Source: the human T2T-CHM13v2.0 reference genome, Homo sapiens | Strand: one strand, 5' to 3' | DNA length: 64,000 nucleotides | Assembly: GCF_009914755.1 (NCBI RefSeq) | Contig: NC_060925.1 | In this document: positions 1 to 18,254 of the stretch, one piece after another | How positions within the stretch are numbered: the stretch's first letter is position 1 | How the letters are laid out: each line of letters opens with the position of its first letter | Notes under the pieces: generated by a model | What the model saw: the letters and a program-made list of their open reading frames with translations, nothing else | Told to the model about the DNA's origin: nothing | Database searches by the model: none | Position numbers and translations under genes: made by a program

Positions 1-2360
1 AACTGCCCAGTTAACATGGATGGTGGTGCCTCAGGGATTTCGAGACAGTCCTCACTTGTTTGGACAGGCATTGTCAAAGGACCTTTCTGAGTTTTCCCAT
101 CCTCAGGTTAGGATCTTGCAATATGTAAATAACATATTGCTCTGTACCCCAATTGAGGAAGCTTCTCAGGAAGGCACTGAAGCTCTTCTGAATTTCTTAG
201 CCAAGAGAGGGCATAAGGTTTCAAACTCCAAGGCCCAGCTTTGCCAAACCTCAGTGAAGTACCTGGGTTTAGTGTGTCTGAAGGGACCAGAGCATTAGGG
301 GAAGAAAGGATTAATCCCATTTCCTCCTTCCCCCTCCCCCAACCCTCAGGCAACTAAGAGGATTTCAGGGCATTAGAGGATTTTGCAGACCATGGATACC
401 TGGGTACACTGAGATAGCTCGCCCTTTATATCACCTCATAAAAGAAACTTAAGTGGCTAAAGCTCATCTCCTGACCTGGGAACCTGAAGCTCAAAAGGCA
501 TTTAGCCAGCTAAATCAAGCCTTACGTAAGGCACCTGCCCTCAGCCTTCCCACAGGGAGGGCCTTCAATCTTTATGTATCAGAAAGGAGGGAATGGCCCT
601 GGGAGTTTTAATGCAAGCCTAAGGACCAGCTCAATAGCCAGTGGACTACCTGAGTAAGGAACTTGATTTTGTGGCTAAAGGATGGCCAGTATGCCTCTGA
701 GCAGTTGCTGCTGTGGCCCTACTGGTATCAGATGCCACCAAATCAACCCTGGCAAATTACTTAACTATTTATACCCCCACATAATGTAGCAGAATTGCTG
801 TCTTCTAGGGGAAGCCTTTAGCTAACAGACAGCTGGCTCTTTAAATATCAAGCTCTGCTGTTAGAAGGGTCTACAATCCAATTGAAAACTTGTCCTCACC
901 TAAACCCAACCACTTTCCTCCCCGAGGAAACTGGGGAACCTGAACATGACTGTGAGCAAGTTGTGGTACAGACCTATGCAGCCAGGGAGGATCTCAGGGA
1001 CACTCCCCTACAAAATCCAGGCTGGACCCTTTTCATAGATGGAAGTTCCTTTGTAGAGCAAGGAGTCTGTAAGGCAGGATATGCAGTCATCACTCTGAAT
1101 GGTGTTTTTAAAGTGCATCCCTCTCTGCAGGCACAAGCACTCAACTAGCTGAACTAATAGCTCTTATAAGAGCACTTGAATTAAGGAAGGGAACAGTAGC
1201 TAATATTTACACTGCCTCCAAGAATGCTTTCTTAGTTCTCTATGCTTATGCTGCCATTTGGAAGGAAAAACACTTTCTTACTGCTAATGGATCTCCTATA
1301 AAATATCATCAGGAAATTAACAGGTTATTATCATCGGTTTTCCTTCCACAAGGGGTAGCAGCGATGCATTGTAAGGGACATCAGAAGGGAACAGATGAAG
1401 TAGCTGAAGGAAACATGTTAGCTCATCAGACAGCCAAGTCAGTGGCAAGGAAGCCTCAGGGCACAACACACTTGAAGCCGCTTGAATTTGGGAAGGCTCC
1501 GTAAGAGAAATGAAGCCTCAGTACTCCCCTGCAGAGATAGAATGGGCCACCTCTCGAAGGTACACTTTCCAGCCCTCAGGACCGTTGAAGTCAGAGGATG
1601 GAAAACTCCCCTTGCCAGCCTTCAGCCATTGGAAAGCCCTTAAAATCCTTCACCAAGCTTTTCACTTGGGAAAGGATATAACTGATCTGTGTGCCCAGAG
1701 ATCGTTTTCAGGAGAGAACTTATTAAAAACAGTCAAATAGGTTGTTAATGCTTGTGAAGTCTGCCTTAAAAACAATCCCCTCAACAGGCAGCTCCTTCCT
1801 CCTCAAACCCAAAGGATGGGAAGCTATCAAGGGGAAGACTGGCAGATAGACTTCACCCATATACCAAAGATGAAGGGCATCCAATACCTCCTAGTATGGG
1901 TAGATACTTTCACTAACTGGGTAGAGGCATTTCCATGCCGTACAGAAAAGGCCTCTGAAGTAATAAAAGGGTGAGTTAATGAAATAACTCCTCACTCTGG
2001 TGTGCCTAAGTACCTCAAAAGTGACAATGGCCCCTCATTTAAGGCAGCCATCACACAGGCGTTCTCAAAGGCACTAGGCATATGGTATCATCTCCATTGT
2101 GCTTGGAGACCCCAGTCCTCAGGAAAGGTAGAGATGACCAACGATGTTATCAAGACACATCAGAAAACTGTCTCAAGAAACTCAACTTCCTTGGGTCACT
2201 CTTCTTTCCATGGCTTTACTGCGGGTAGGAAATACCCCTTCAAAGTTAGGTCTGAGCCCTTTTGAAATGCTGTATGGATGGCCTTTCCTTACCAGTGATT
2301 TCTTATTAGACCAGGAGACCTCTGAATTGGTTAAGGATGTAACTTCTCTAGCTCATTTTC

Positions 2361-2675
<315 letters not shown>

Positions 2676-2838
2676 TCTAGCTCACTTTCAACAGCAATGA
2701 ACACAACTGGCAAAAGCCCAGCCCTCAAAAACAGGAGCACCTCTATTTAACCCAGAGGATTTCGTCTTGGTGAAAGCTCTCCCTTCTCTCCCTCCTCCCC
2801 CACGCCCAAGCTGGGAAGGGCCCTATTCTGTTCTTCTT

Positions 2839-3148
<310 letters not shown>

Positions 3149-3723
3149 TCTACACTGTTCTTCTTTTAACCCCCTCAGCAGTACAAGTTATAGGTATTGA
3201 CTCCTGGATACATCACACTCAAGTCAAAGCATGTAAAGCTAAGAGGCAACCCCTGACAGCCCAGAGGAACGTCCTGGATATAAATGTGAAGAAATAGAAG
3301 ATGTTAAGCTGAAAATCATAACAGATAAGTAAATGAGTGAGGGCTTCTCTACCTACTCAGTCACACCCCTACCTTACCATATACCTTCAGTCATTTCTAC
3401 TTTTCCTCTCGAGATTTGCCATCAAATATTAAAACATCTTTTTGAAATGTACTTTCAGAGAGATTTTGATTATCCAGGGGATTACATTTGTAACTTCACA
3501 GACCCCCAGAGGGAAAGTCTATATCTTGGTGAGTAAAATTTTAGATGGAAATTATCTACTATACCTCCCTTGCAGGAATTGTTGTGCTCACTCTATTTGT
3601 AGTAGGACTGTATACTGTCACACCCCCAGAATGGAATATTGGATGAAGAATCTCAATCACTGAAGTATTTTGCTTAATTATTATCCTTACAGCAGGGACA
3701 ATAGTTACTGACGACAGGTAAAC

Positions 3724-4411
<688 letters not shown>

Positions 4412-4519
4412 CTGCTGTGCCCCACTCAATGCCCCTCTCTTCAGCAGGAAGTAGCCAGAAAGTCATTGCCCAATACCCCCTAACAGGAGTTAGGGTTACC
4501 ACTCCTGAGAGGGGAAATA

Positions 4520-5187
4520 TGATACAGGAGCTAGAAAGAAATTATTTGGCAGACAGTGAGGGTGAATAAGTCCTCAGCAAGGTTTCCCTTTTAAGAAAAC
4601 GCAGCCCCCAAATCATTTCTTTTCTAACAAAGAGCAGCCTGAAAAATTGAGCTGCAAACATAGGTAAGCAAGTTGGAAGCTTGCACGGGGGGATGCCGGC
4701 ACCTGTGCTGATAGAAGAAAGCTACCGGGGGCCAGGCATGTTCAACATGGAGGCTCCATCTTCCCTTTTGTCACCATGTGTACAGTAAAAAAAGCAGGCA
4801 ACATGGCACCGGCCAGGTAGAGAATCCATCTGAATAATAAAAGATTAGGGTGGGGCGGCCAGCTTCTTTGTGCACTATGCAAACAGCACACCTAGTCCTA
4901 ACCAGTTCTTTGAATGCTATGTAAACGGCACACCTTGTCCAACCAATCTTTCATTCCCTATGTAAATTAGACACCACCTCCTCAAGCACATCTATAAAAC
5001 CTCCTGCACTTCACTGCAGACCAGAAGACCTGCTTGGGACCTCCTCTCTCTTCAGGAGAGAGCTTTTCTCTTTCTTTCACCTATTAAACCTCCATTTTTA
5101 ACCTCTCTCCTTGTGTGTCTGTCCTTGATTTCCTTGGCATGGGACAAGGAACCTTGGGTTTTACCCCAGATGAACGATGCCACTTCA
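4520..5187 (+). mobile_element. 3' LTR of the provirus (LTR9-family-like, about 668 bp)
   Basis: Polypurine tract GAGAGGGGAAA just before TG at 4520; ends CA at 5187; TATAAAA 4993-4999; ATTAAA 5083-5088; three internal ~42-bp units containing ATGYAAA. Family name is from recall. Confidence 0.8.
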
Positions 5188-5293
5188 CCACTATGTTGCC
5201 CAGGCTGGTCTCCAACTCCTGGGCTCAAGCAATGTTCCCGCCTTGGCTTCCTGAATTGTTGGGATTACAGGCGTAAACCGCTGTTCCCAGTCT
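5188..5293 (-). mobile_element. Old Alu left-arm/FLAM fragment abutting the LTR end
   Basis: CACTATGTTGCCCAGGCTGGTCTCCAACTCCTGGGCTCAAGC...GGGATTACAGGCGT begins immediately after the LTR CA. Confidence 0.75.
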
Positions 5294-6256
5294 GAAAAAT
5301 TTTCTTCAGAGAGAACAGGCTTTGTCAGTGGTCTACTTGAACAGTATACTAAATTCATCAGGTTTGGGGATCCAAAGGAACTGTCCATTATCCTCATCCA
5401 TCAGCAAAAAGAATAGGCCCTTTGGTAAATTATTTTTGTAAGTGCTTAATCCTCAATTACTTGTTGCTGGGCCTTGTCATCACCAGGAATCATTCCGTGC
5501 TTTGTGTCCTTAATGCCAGCATTCACGATTTAAAACTAAGCTTTCTAGCACTTGCTTCACTGTTTCAACCACTTTCTTCCTGGGACTTTCAAATTCTTTG
5601 ACTCCTGTGTTAGTTCAAGTCTACAGAAAAGTAGATGTCAAGGACTACATGTGAAAGAGGTTTATTAGAGAAGGAACAGAAGGCAGGACAAATCTTCAGA
5701 CTGATTGCAGGTCTGACTATGGAAGGAGAGAGGGAAGGAAGGAGGGTTGGGTAGGACTGGACTGTAGCAAAATTCAGCCAGGCCACAGGGAGTCTTTGAG
5801 CCAAAATTGCCTGTTGGAGGTCTGTATGTCAACAGAATGGGCCTGTATGTCAACAGAATGGGCATTCCCTTAACGCACCTCTTTTATTAATCTAATCATC
5901 CGCAGTCCCCATTACTCTAGTCCTACTGTTGAAAATCATACAATAGTAGAGAATACTGAAGCCACTGTTAAAGGCCCTCCATAGTATCCCTTCTTAATTC
6001 CGATTGTCCACAGCAGTTACCACGACTCCTCGTCCTTCTCAGCTCCTCTTCTATTCTGTCTCAAGTAACACTGCTTGTGTTTTCTGAGAGAATATGGCAC
6101 CTGTAGGTCATTAATTTATCTAAAAAGAACACGTGTAGTCAATTTCTTTCATCTAAGCTAAGAGCAAAATGTGCTTTACCAGTCTTAGGACCCCATCCCT
6201 TTTCCTACAACCATGTTGATCCCTCTGAGCTGTATTTAAAAATACTCCTCAGCTGA

Positions 6257-7205
<949 letters not shown>

Positions 7206-7447
7206 AGAAAATATTCTTAATTCCATTTAGGTTCACATAAATTCCATTTAGGTTCATATCCAACTTCAGATGAATTTTCTTGATAGAACAAATGTGCAGA
7301 CTTTTCAGTAATACAGACTGAATTATTCACCAAAACTATATTGACGCTACATGACAGAACTAAAAAGGAGTAAATTAGGGTCAGTTTAATGTTTCATTAG
7401 GTATTTAGAGACCAAAAGAAACCACAAAATCTTCTTATTTAAAATAT

Positions 7448-7707
7448 TTTAATTTCTAAAAAGCTTAAATCATATTAAAATTTAAACAATTTCATTGTAC
7501 AGTACTTGACAATACATTTCAACAAACTGAAAGGCAAACCAGTAAATCAGTTTTGCTTACTTTCTAAGCTTAATAATGTACAGACTCTTGCTCTTCAAGA
7601 AGATGCAAAAATCAGCAACAGTACAAGTGAAATATTTAAATAGGAATCTGAAACAAAACGAATTCAATCTGATCAAATCCACAATTAATTGAAGTTTTCA
7701 TTTTATT
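7448..7707 (-). terminator. TFB2M: Candidate TFB2M polyadenylation signals: AATAAA (7702-7707) and ATTAAA (7448-7453)
   Basis: Plus-strand TTTATT and TTTAAT lie about 200 and 450 nt past the stop codon. Confidence 0.55.
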
Positions 7708-7901
7708 CAATTGTGAATAAAATAGCAGACACTGTTTCATCCAATAAGCCAATGATATCAGCTTAGGAGAAATGATCTGCCTGGCTTGTGCAAGACAAGA
7801 ACAGTTACCTTCTGCTGAAAGGATGTGAGTTTTCAAATTTGGTTTTCATGTCATAGTTTCCAAATAAATGAACCGCTCCACCAAAAACGACAGTCTAGTT
7901 G

Positions 7902-8073
7902 CTACCTATCTTCCAGGGTTTCATCATACAGCCATTTATAAGCACAATCTTTGGAACGCTCTATAGTTTCAAAAAGTGTTTTGAAGTCTTGAGGGTGCAT
8001 GTTAACTACTTTCTCATCCTCCTGTTTTCCTATTTGCATCAATATATCTCTCGCATCAAGTGGAGTCAATGAA
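7902..8073 (-). CDS. TFB2M: TFB2M exon 8 (last coding exon, 172 nt)
   Basis: Acceptor TTGCAG at 8074; SLTPLDARDILMQIGKQEDEKVVNMHPQDFKTLFETIERSKDCAYKWLYDETLEDR*; phase fits exon 7. Confidence 0.97.
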
Positions 8074-8177
8074 CTGCAAAAGAAATACAAAGTAAATGTA
8101 CTTAATTCTTTCTCATGCATCTATCAGTTCACGGTGACAGAAATGGCTTCTAAGTTGAATTCAAAATGTCTAACTTA

Positions 8178-8400
8178 GGCATACAGAGTGCTATAATGGA
8201 CACGGGAGAATCAGCAGGGAAGAGGATGGGAGGAGGGTGAAGGATGGGAGGAGGGTGAAGGATAAAAAGCTACCTACTGGGTACAATGTACACTATTTGG
8301 GCGATGGGTACACTAAAAGCCCAGACTTCAACAATCCATCCATGAAACCAAAAAAATCACTTGTATTCCTAAGGCTATTGAAATAAGAAGAAAAAAAAAA
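8178..8400 (+). mobile_element. 5'-truncated L1 3' end (L1PB-like)
   Basis: GGGTACAATGTACACTATTTGGGCGATGGGTACACTAAAAGCCCAGACTTCA plus an A tail; TSD AAAA(T/A)G(T/C)CTAACTTA on both sides. Confidence 0.75.
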
Positions 8401-8772
8401 GCCTAACTTATTATATATAAGCAATCTTATTTAGTTTAAGAGCTTCCAGTAACTTTATGCTTATTTCTAAAGTTTCATAGCTAACCTATAATGAAAATAT
8501 TAATAGCAGGTTTAGGCTTTCACATACTCTAATCAATTTTTACACCGAATTCTAGTTTAATCACTGCCGTTTGAAAAAATTATTATGCCTACCTCTTTCA
8601 TCCTTTTCCTTTCTGCAAAAAATATTCTTAACTTCTTTTGGTTCATGTCAAAGTTCAGTAACTATAAACAGCAGAAGTTGCTGTTTGGCAGTTTACAAAG
8701 AGGGAATCATTTTTCACATTTTGATGTAACCATCATTGGTAAATACATTATAAAGCCGCAAACTTCCTTATA

Positions 8773-9197
8773 CAGTCATGCATTGCTTAATGATGGAGGT
8801 ATGTCCTGAGAAATGCACTGTTAGGTGATTTCATTGTTGCTTGAACATCTTACAGAGTACTTAACCCAAACCTATGTGATATAGCCTATTACAGACTTAG
8901 GATATATGGCATAGCCTATTGCTCCAAGGATACAAACCTGCACAGCATGTTACTGTACTGAATACTGTAGGCAACTGTAACACAACGGTAAGTAATAGAA
9001 AAGATACAGTAAAAGATACAGCATCTTTATAATCTTATGGGACCACTATTGTACATTTGGTCCACTACTGACTGAAACGAGGTATAACGAACACGCCTCA
9101 TTATGAGGTATTATATATATAAGGTATATTATATAATATATATACAATATATAATCAATGAGGTATATTATATACCATAATATGAGGTACATAACTG
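8773..9197 (+). mobile_element. Tigger3/MER7-type TcMar-Tigger MITE with AT-rich insertion
   Basis: Starts TA|CAGTCATGCATTGCTTAATGATGG..CTGAGAAATGC; internal GCCTATTGCTCC and TATAATCTTATGGGACCAC. Confidence 0.75.
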
Positions 9198-10205
9198 TGT
9201 ATCAGCTTAGCAACAAACCATCAATAAGCCTCCAACAACAACAATTGTAAAAAAATATTTTGGGCTGGGTGCGGTGGCTCCTACCTGTTATCCCAGCACT
9301 TTGGGGGGCTAGGTGGGAGGATCATTTGAGCCCAAGAGTTCAAGACTATCCTGAGCAACATAGTGAGACCCCATCTCTACAAAAATCGTAAAAAGTTAGC
9401 TGGGCATAGTGGTGGGCATAGTAGTCCCAGCTACTCAGGGAAGAGGCTGAGGCAGGATCACTTGAGCAAGGGGTTTGTGGTTGCAGTGAGCTATGATTGT
9501 GCCACTGTACTCCAGACTGGGCAACAGAGTGAGACTCTCTGTCTGTTCAATTCCAATACTTTTTGATATTGAATAGAATCTTGGTAACATGTTTCTAGTC
9601 CACTGAGATTACCAGGAGCATTTTTAATATTTTGCACTATGATTTACAACATTTATTCCTTATTTCCCTATTTTCTTGATATTTTCATTCAAAATAGCCA
9701 CAAGGTGGCAAGATGAAAAATAATAGATTGCCTTTTATTAGTCTATTGCCTTTTACTAGTCTATTACCACTTTTTTTTTTTTTTTTTTTTAGAGATAGAG
9801 TCTTGCTCTGTCACCCAGGCTCATCTCAAAGTCTTGTTGGCGCTCTCTGCCTCCCAATTTTTTTTTTTTTTTTTTTTTTTAGAGACAAGGTCAGCTTGCT
9901 CTGTGTCCCACACTGCAATGCAGTGGTGAGTTTATGGCTCACTACAGCCTCCAATCCCCGGCCTCCTCAAGTGATCCTCCCACCTTGGCCTCACAAAAAT
10001 GCTCGGATTACAGGCATGAACCACTGCACCCAGGCTATTGCCACTTTTAACATTTATTTTTAGATAAATATTGTCTAGTCAACAGCTCATTCAGAGTTAA
10101 ATATTAAATGATCAAATTTGTTAAAATAATTATTTTAACATTTTACCCATCCTCTGGCGAGACTTTGAATGACTATGGGCTGCTGATTACAAGGCATAAT
10201 GCACA

Positions 10206-10562
10206 ACTTACAGGGACGTATGCATCAGCCCTACATACAAATTACATGGATTTATGTACAAATTACACAGATGGCTGGGCGCGGGAGCTCATGCCTGTAA
10301 CCCCAACACTACTTACAGAGATGTATGCATCATCCCTACATACAAATTACATAGATGGCCAGGCGCAGTGGCTCATGCTGGTAACCTGAGCTGTACTTAC
10401 AGAAGTGTGGGCATCAGGCCTACACACAAATTACATGGATGGCCAGGCATGGTGGCTCCCGCCTGTAACCCCAGCACTACTTACAGAGGTGTGTGCATCA
10501 GCCCTACATACAAATTACATGGATGGCCAGGTGCAGTGGCTCATGCCTGTAACCCCAGCACT
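10206..10562 (+). repeat. 84-bp-unit minisatellite (4 copies) made of unique flank plus an Alu 5' end
   Basis: ACTTACAG unit starts at 10206, 10311, 10395 and 10479; the last unit runs into a full Alu (10525-~10880). Confidence 0.9.
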
Positions 10563-10756
10563 TTGGGAGGCCAAGCAAGGTGGATTGCTTGAGGCCAGGA
10601 ATTTGAGACCAGCCTGGGCAAGGTGGCAAAACCCCATCTCTACAAAAATTGGCATACAATTTATAAACACAAAATATAAATATAAAAATTTTATATTTTT
10701 ACAAATATAAAAATTAGCCGGGCGTGGTGGTGCATGCTTGTAGTCCCAGCTACTCA

Positions 10757-10861
<105 letters not shown>

Positions 10862-11393
10862 CTAACAACAACAAAAAAATGTTTTTCACTTATATAGACA
10901 TAAAGCAAGTAGTGTTACTTACAAGCTATTATTTTTACAAAGCTTTGGGTAAAAACAAAATTTGATCCAGAGCAAGGGAACCAGGGTGGTATAATTATCT
11001 ATCCCTACTCTGGTTAAGGAACAGAACCACTGAAGACAAGCAATGAGAGGTAAGTGTGGGCACGCCTCCAGTAATGCTGATTTCTCTCCACCCCACTAGT
11101 GGTAGGCAGCTAGTGCTTCCTGTAAGATAAAGCTAAGCCTATACTCTCAAAAAGATTAAACAATCTGGGCATTTTTTTAAAGAAGGAAAAATAAATGAAA
11201 CTCAATGAGAGATTATGGGAAAAATATATTTTCCTCAAAATGTACACCAGGGAGAACAAATTATTTTGAAGAAATATGAGGGAAAACATGGTACCTCACT
11301 CTGTCAATCAAGATATAAAAATAGATCTCTAGCATGAAAGAATAATTTGTGCATCGTTGCTACTTTATACTTGCTTTTATTCTTTTTACTCAC

Positions 11394-11554
11394 CGTAAGT
11401 GGTCTATTACAGTGGCGCTGCGCCTCCCAAAACAGTGCTTTAACAAGTGAAAAAATATATTATAGTTCATAGGTGTTAAGTTCTTGGTAAATAAATTTTG
11501 ACGAGGAATCATTTGAATAAGATACAGCTTTTGTTGTAATTGGTCTAATAATTC
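11394..11554 (-). CDS. TFB2M: TFB2M exon 7 (161 nt)
   Basis: CTCCAG acceptor and GTGAGT donor; ELLDQLQQKLYLIQMIPRQNLFTKNLTPMNYNIFFHLLKHCFGRRSATVIDHLR. Confidence 0.97.
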
Positions 11555-11684
11555 CTGGAGAGAAGAAAAAATGAATTGCATTAGTCACAAAATATTGCCA
11601 GAGTAAGACATTGCTCACTTCTTCCTTCAAGCTATCTGCTGAAAGACACAATCACCACAGGCCCTGAGTGTCTTCACATTCTCT

Positions 11685-15075
<3,391 letters not shown>

Positions 15076-15434
15076 ATCACAAATTTCTAAACCATTAATA
15101 CGTCATAAAATTTTGTTTCTAATTAATCGAATTAGATAAATATTGAAATGATTTTATTTTCCAAATTTGAAATGTACCTTCATTTCAAAAGATATAAGAA
15201 GAGAACTCAGATTCTGTTTTTAAGCCTATTACTATGCTAGCATCCATTGTATAACAGCTGATAACTCTTCCAAAATACTTTTGATTCATTAAAAGTAGTA
15301 AGATATGTTTAAAGAATGTTTCTAGATATTTTAAAATTAAAAAGTTAAATACAGACTACCAAATAGTCCTAAAAAAATAAAATAAAAAATACGTCACGTA
15401 GGGAGAAAAGGAAAAGGTATTATTTTATTCTTAC

Positions 15435-15497
15435 CCTACGCTTTGGGTTTTCCAGCGGCCCTTTCCGGGTGTATATATCAAATGATGACCAAGGCTC
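15435..15497 (-). CDS. TFB2M: TFB2M exon 6 (63 nt)
   Basis: CCCCAG acceptor and GTAAGA donor; EPWSSFDIYTRKGPLENPKRR; phase 0-0. Confidence 0.95.
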
Positions 15498-16194
15498 CTG
15501 GGGAAGAAAAACAAAGCAAAACAACATCTTTTATTTCTCTTTGGTCAAAGTGCCCCAGTTATTACTTCCTTAAAAAACACCTTGCCTAAATAAGAGAATG
15601 GTCAGTCTAATTGGATTTAAGAGAAACATGTTATAGCTAAATAATACACATCTCTCTCCTTAATTTTTTTAAAGAGGAGGAGGATCAAAAGTCTACCCAA
15701 ATACTAGTACCTCTTTTCCTTATTAAACATGACTTCGCCTGTTATGCAATTACGCAAATAAGTATTTGTTATAATTTTTACCACTCAATATTTCCATATC
15801 ACAGTCAGAATCAGCAGTTTAAGGGATATTAGATTAATGCTGAGGATTTCTTTTTGCCCTACTTCAGTGGAAAAGCCTATTAATCAAACTATTTGAATAT
15901 GTTAGAACATATATGGAAATAAACAAATAAAGATACTAGTGTCGACCAGGTGCTGTGGTTCATGCCTATAATCCCAGCACTTTGGGAGGCCAAAGTGGGA
16001 GGGTTGCTTGAGCCTGGGAGCTGGAGTTTGCAGTAAGCCACTGTACTCCAGCCTGGGAAACAGAGTGAGACCCTATCCAAAAACAACAATAACAAAAACC
16101 TAGTGTCAATTTTAAAATGGATCACTATTTTTCGGTATCTATCTTTTGTAAGAGAATTTTGTGCATAAGGCAATTTTAAGAGATGATCCGGTCA

Positions 16195-16507
<313 letters not shown>

Positions 16508-17059
16508 CTATTAAAAAAACTATACATACCCATAACCATATTAAATTCCAAAATAAGAGTGGGTTAAAATAGATCTGACATAGGCTTAAAAGACTAAACA
16601 ATATTGAACACAAGGTCTGAAAGGCTACTGTCAAATAACAATTTATTATTAACTACAGGGGCAATGAGAGTGGCTAAAACATATAATTGTGGCCAAATTG
16701 TGAAATTCCTAGCAGTTCCAGGAATGTCACTTTAAGTGGGGGAAGAAAAGCACCATCAGCCGTGCACAATGAGTACTGCCACTTCCCACACGCCTGGTCG
16801 AGCCTCAACAGCTTTCCCCTCATCAAGGACAGTGGAGGAAAACCTGCAAGACACTGGGAATTGACTTCAACAACTTACTCTACAGATGTAGACACACAGT
16901 GGAGCAAGTGCTGAGAAACGTTAGGTCCAGAAAGACCTTTCCTTTCTGGAGTTTAGTAAATGGCAAAACCTAACACGGGACCTTTGAAAGCAAATACTAA
17001 GGGAACAAGAAGACGAAAACATTCTGCAAGCTAAAGTCCTCAGAGGGCCTCTCTGAAGA

Positions 17060-17485
17060 AACTAGCTGAAAGCTACCAGGACAGAAGACTTGAGATGAAA
17101 GTCAACAGAATGAGACAAGATCAGTGGGTAAGGAAGAATTTTAGAGAAACCAAGAACTATAGTACTGAGAGTACAATATACAGTGCAGGCAGAAAGCAGA
17201 ATCAGTGATGTGAAGACTAAGTGTGAAGAGATTCTGGGAATGGAGAAAAATGATGAGAGCATGACAGACACCAAAGACAAGGATCAGAGATCCAACCTAA
17301 GAACCTCAAATGTTTTTGAGGGGAAAAAAAAAGAATTGGAACAAAAGCTAAAATCAAATGAGATAACATTCCTGAGCTTAAAAAAAAAATACAGCAAGGT
17401 GCAGACTGAAGACCTCAGCATATTCTCAGGCGGAAGCAGTGACGAGAACACGTGAAGATCCACATTGTAAATATTTAAAAATTAG
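17060..17485 (+). mobile_element. Ancient L1M/HAL1 ORF1 remnant
   Basis: AESRISDVKTKCEEI...DQRSNLRTSNVFEG resembles the L1 ORF1p coiled-coil/RRM junction (AEERISELED..KRSNIRIIGVPEG). Confidence 0.6.
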
Positions 17486-17532
17486 AGCCAGGGCCAGGCA
17501 CAGTGGCTCACGCCTGTAATCCCAGCACTTTA

Positions 17533-18063
<531 letters not shown>

Positions 18064-18102
18064 CTAAAGAAAAACGTTTTTAAACAGAAGGATTTTACTC
18101 AC

Positions 18103-18192
18103 CATGTGCAGAACCTTAATCTCACAAGCTAATTGCCAGATAACACTTAATACATGATACAAGTCTGGATTTCCAGGATCTGCCATTAGTTT
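18103..18192 (-). CDS. TFB2M: TFB2M exon 5 (90 nt)
   Basis: TACTAG acceptor and GTGAGT donor; KLMADPGNPDLYHVLSVIWQLACEIKVLHM. Confidence 0.96.
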
Positions 18193-18254
18193 CTAGTAAA
18201 AGGAAAATAAAAATTACAAATTAAACACATCTATAATCAATTAAAAACAAATGC

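Noticed and set aside
5826-5863. 21-bp tandem duplication CTGTATGTCAACAGAATGGGC, and similar short duplications near 8222, 42866 and 60735
   Set aside because: Ordinary slippage duplications inside old repeats with no sign of function.
10108-10710. Repeat array with a CRISPR-like look and repetitive ORFs
   Set aside because: The whole 84-bp unit repeats with no unique spacers and no cas genes; the ORFs follow from a period divisible by 3.
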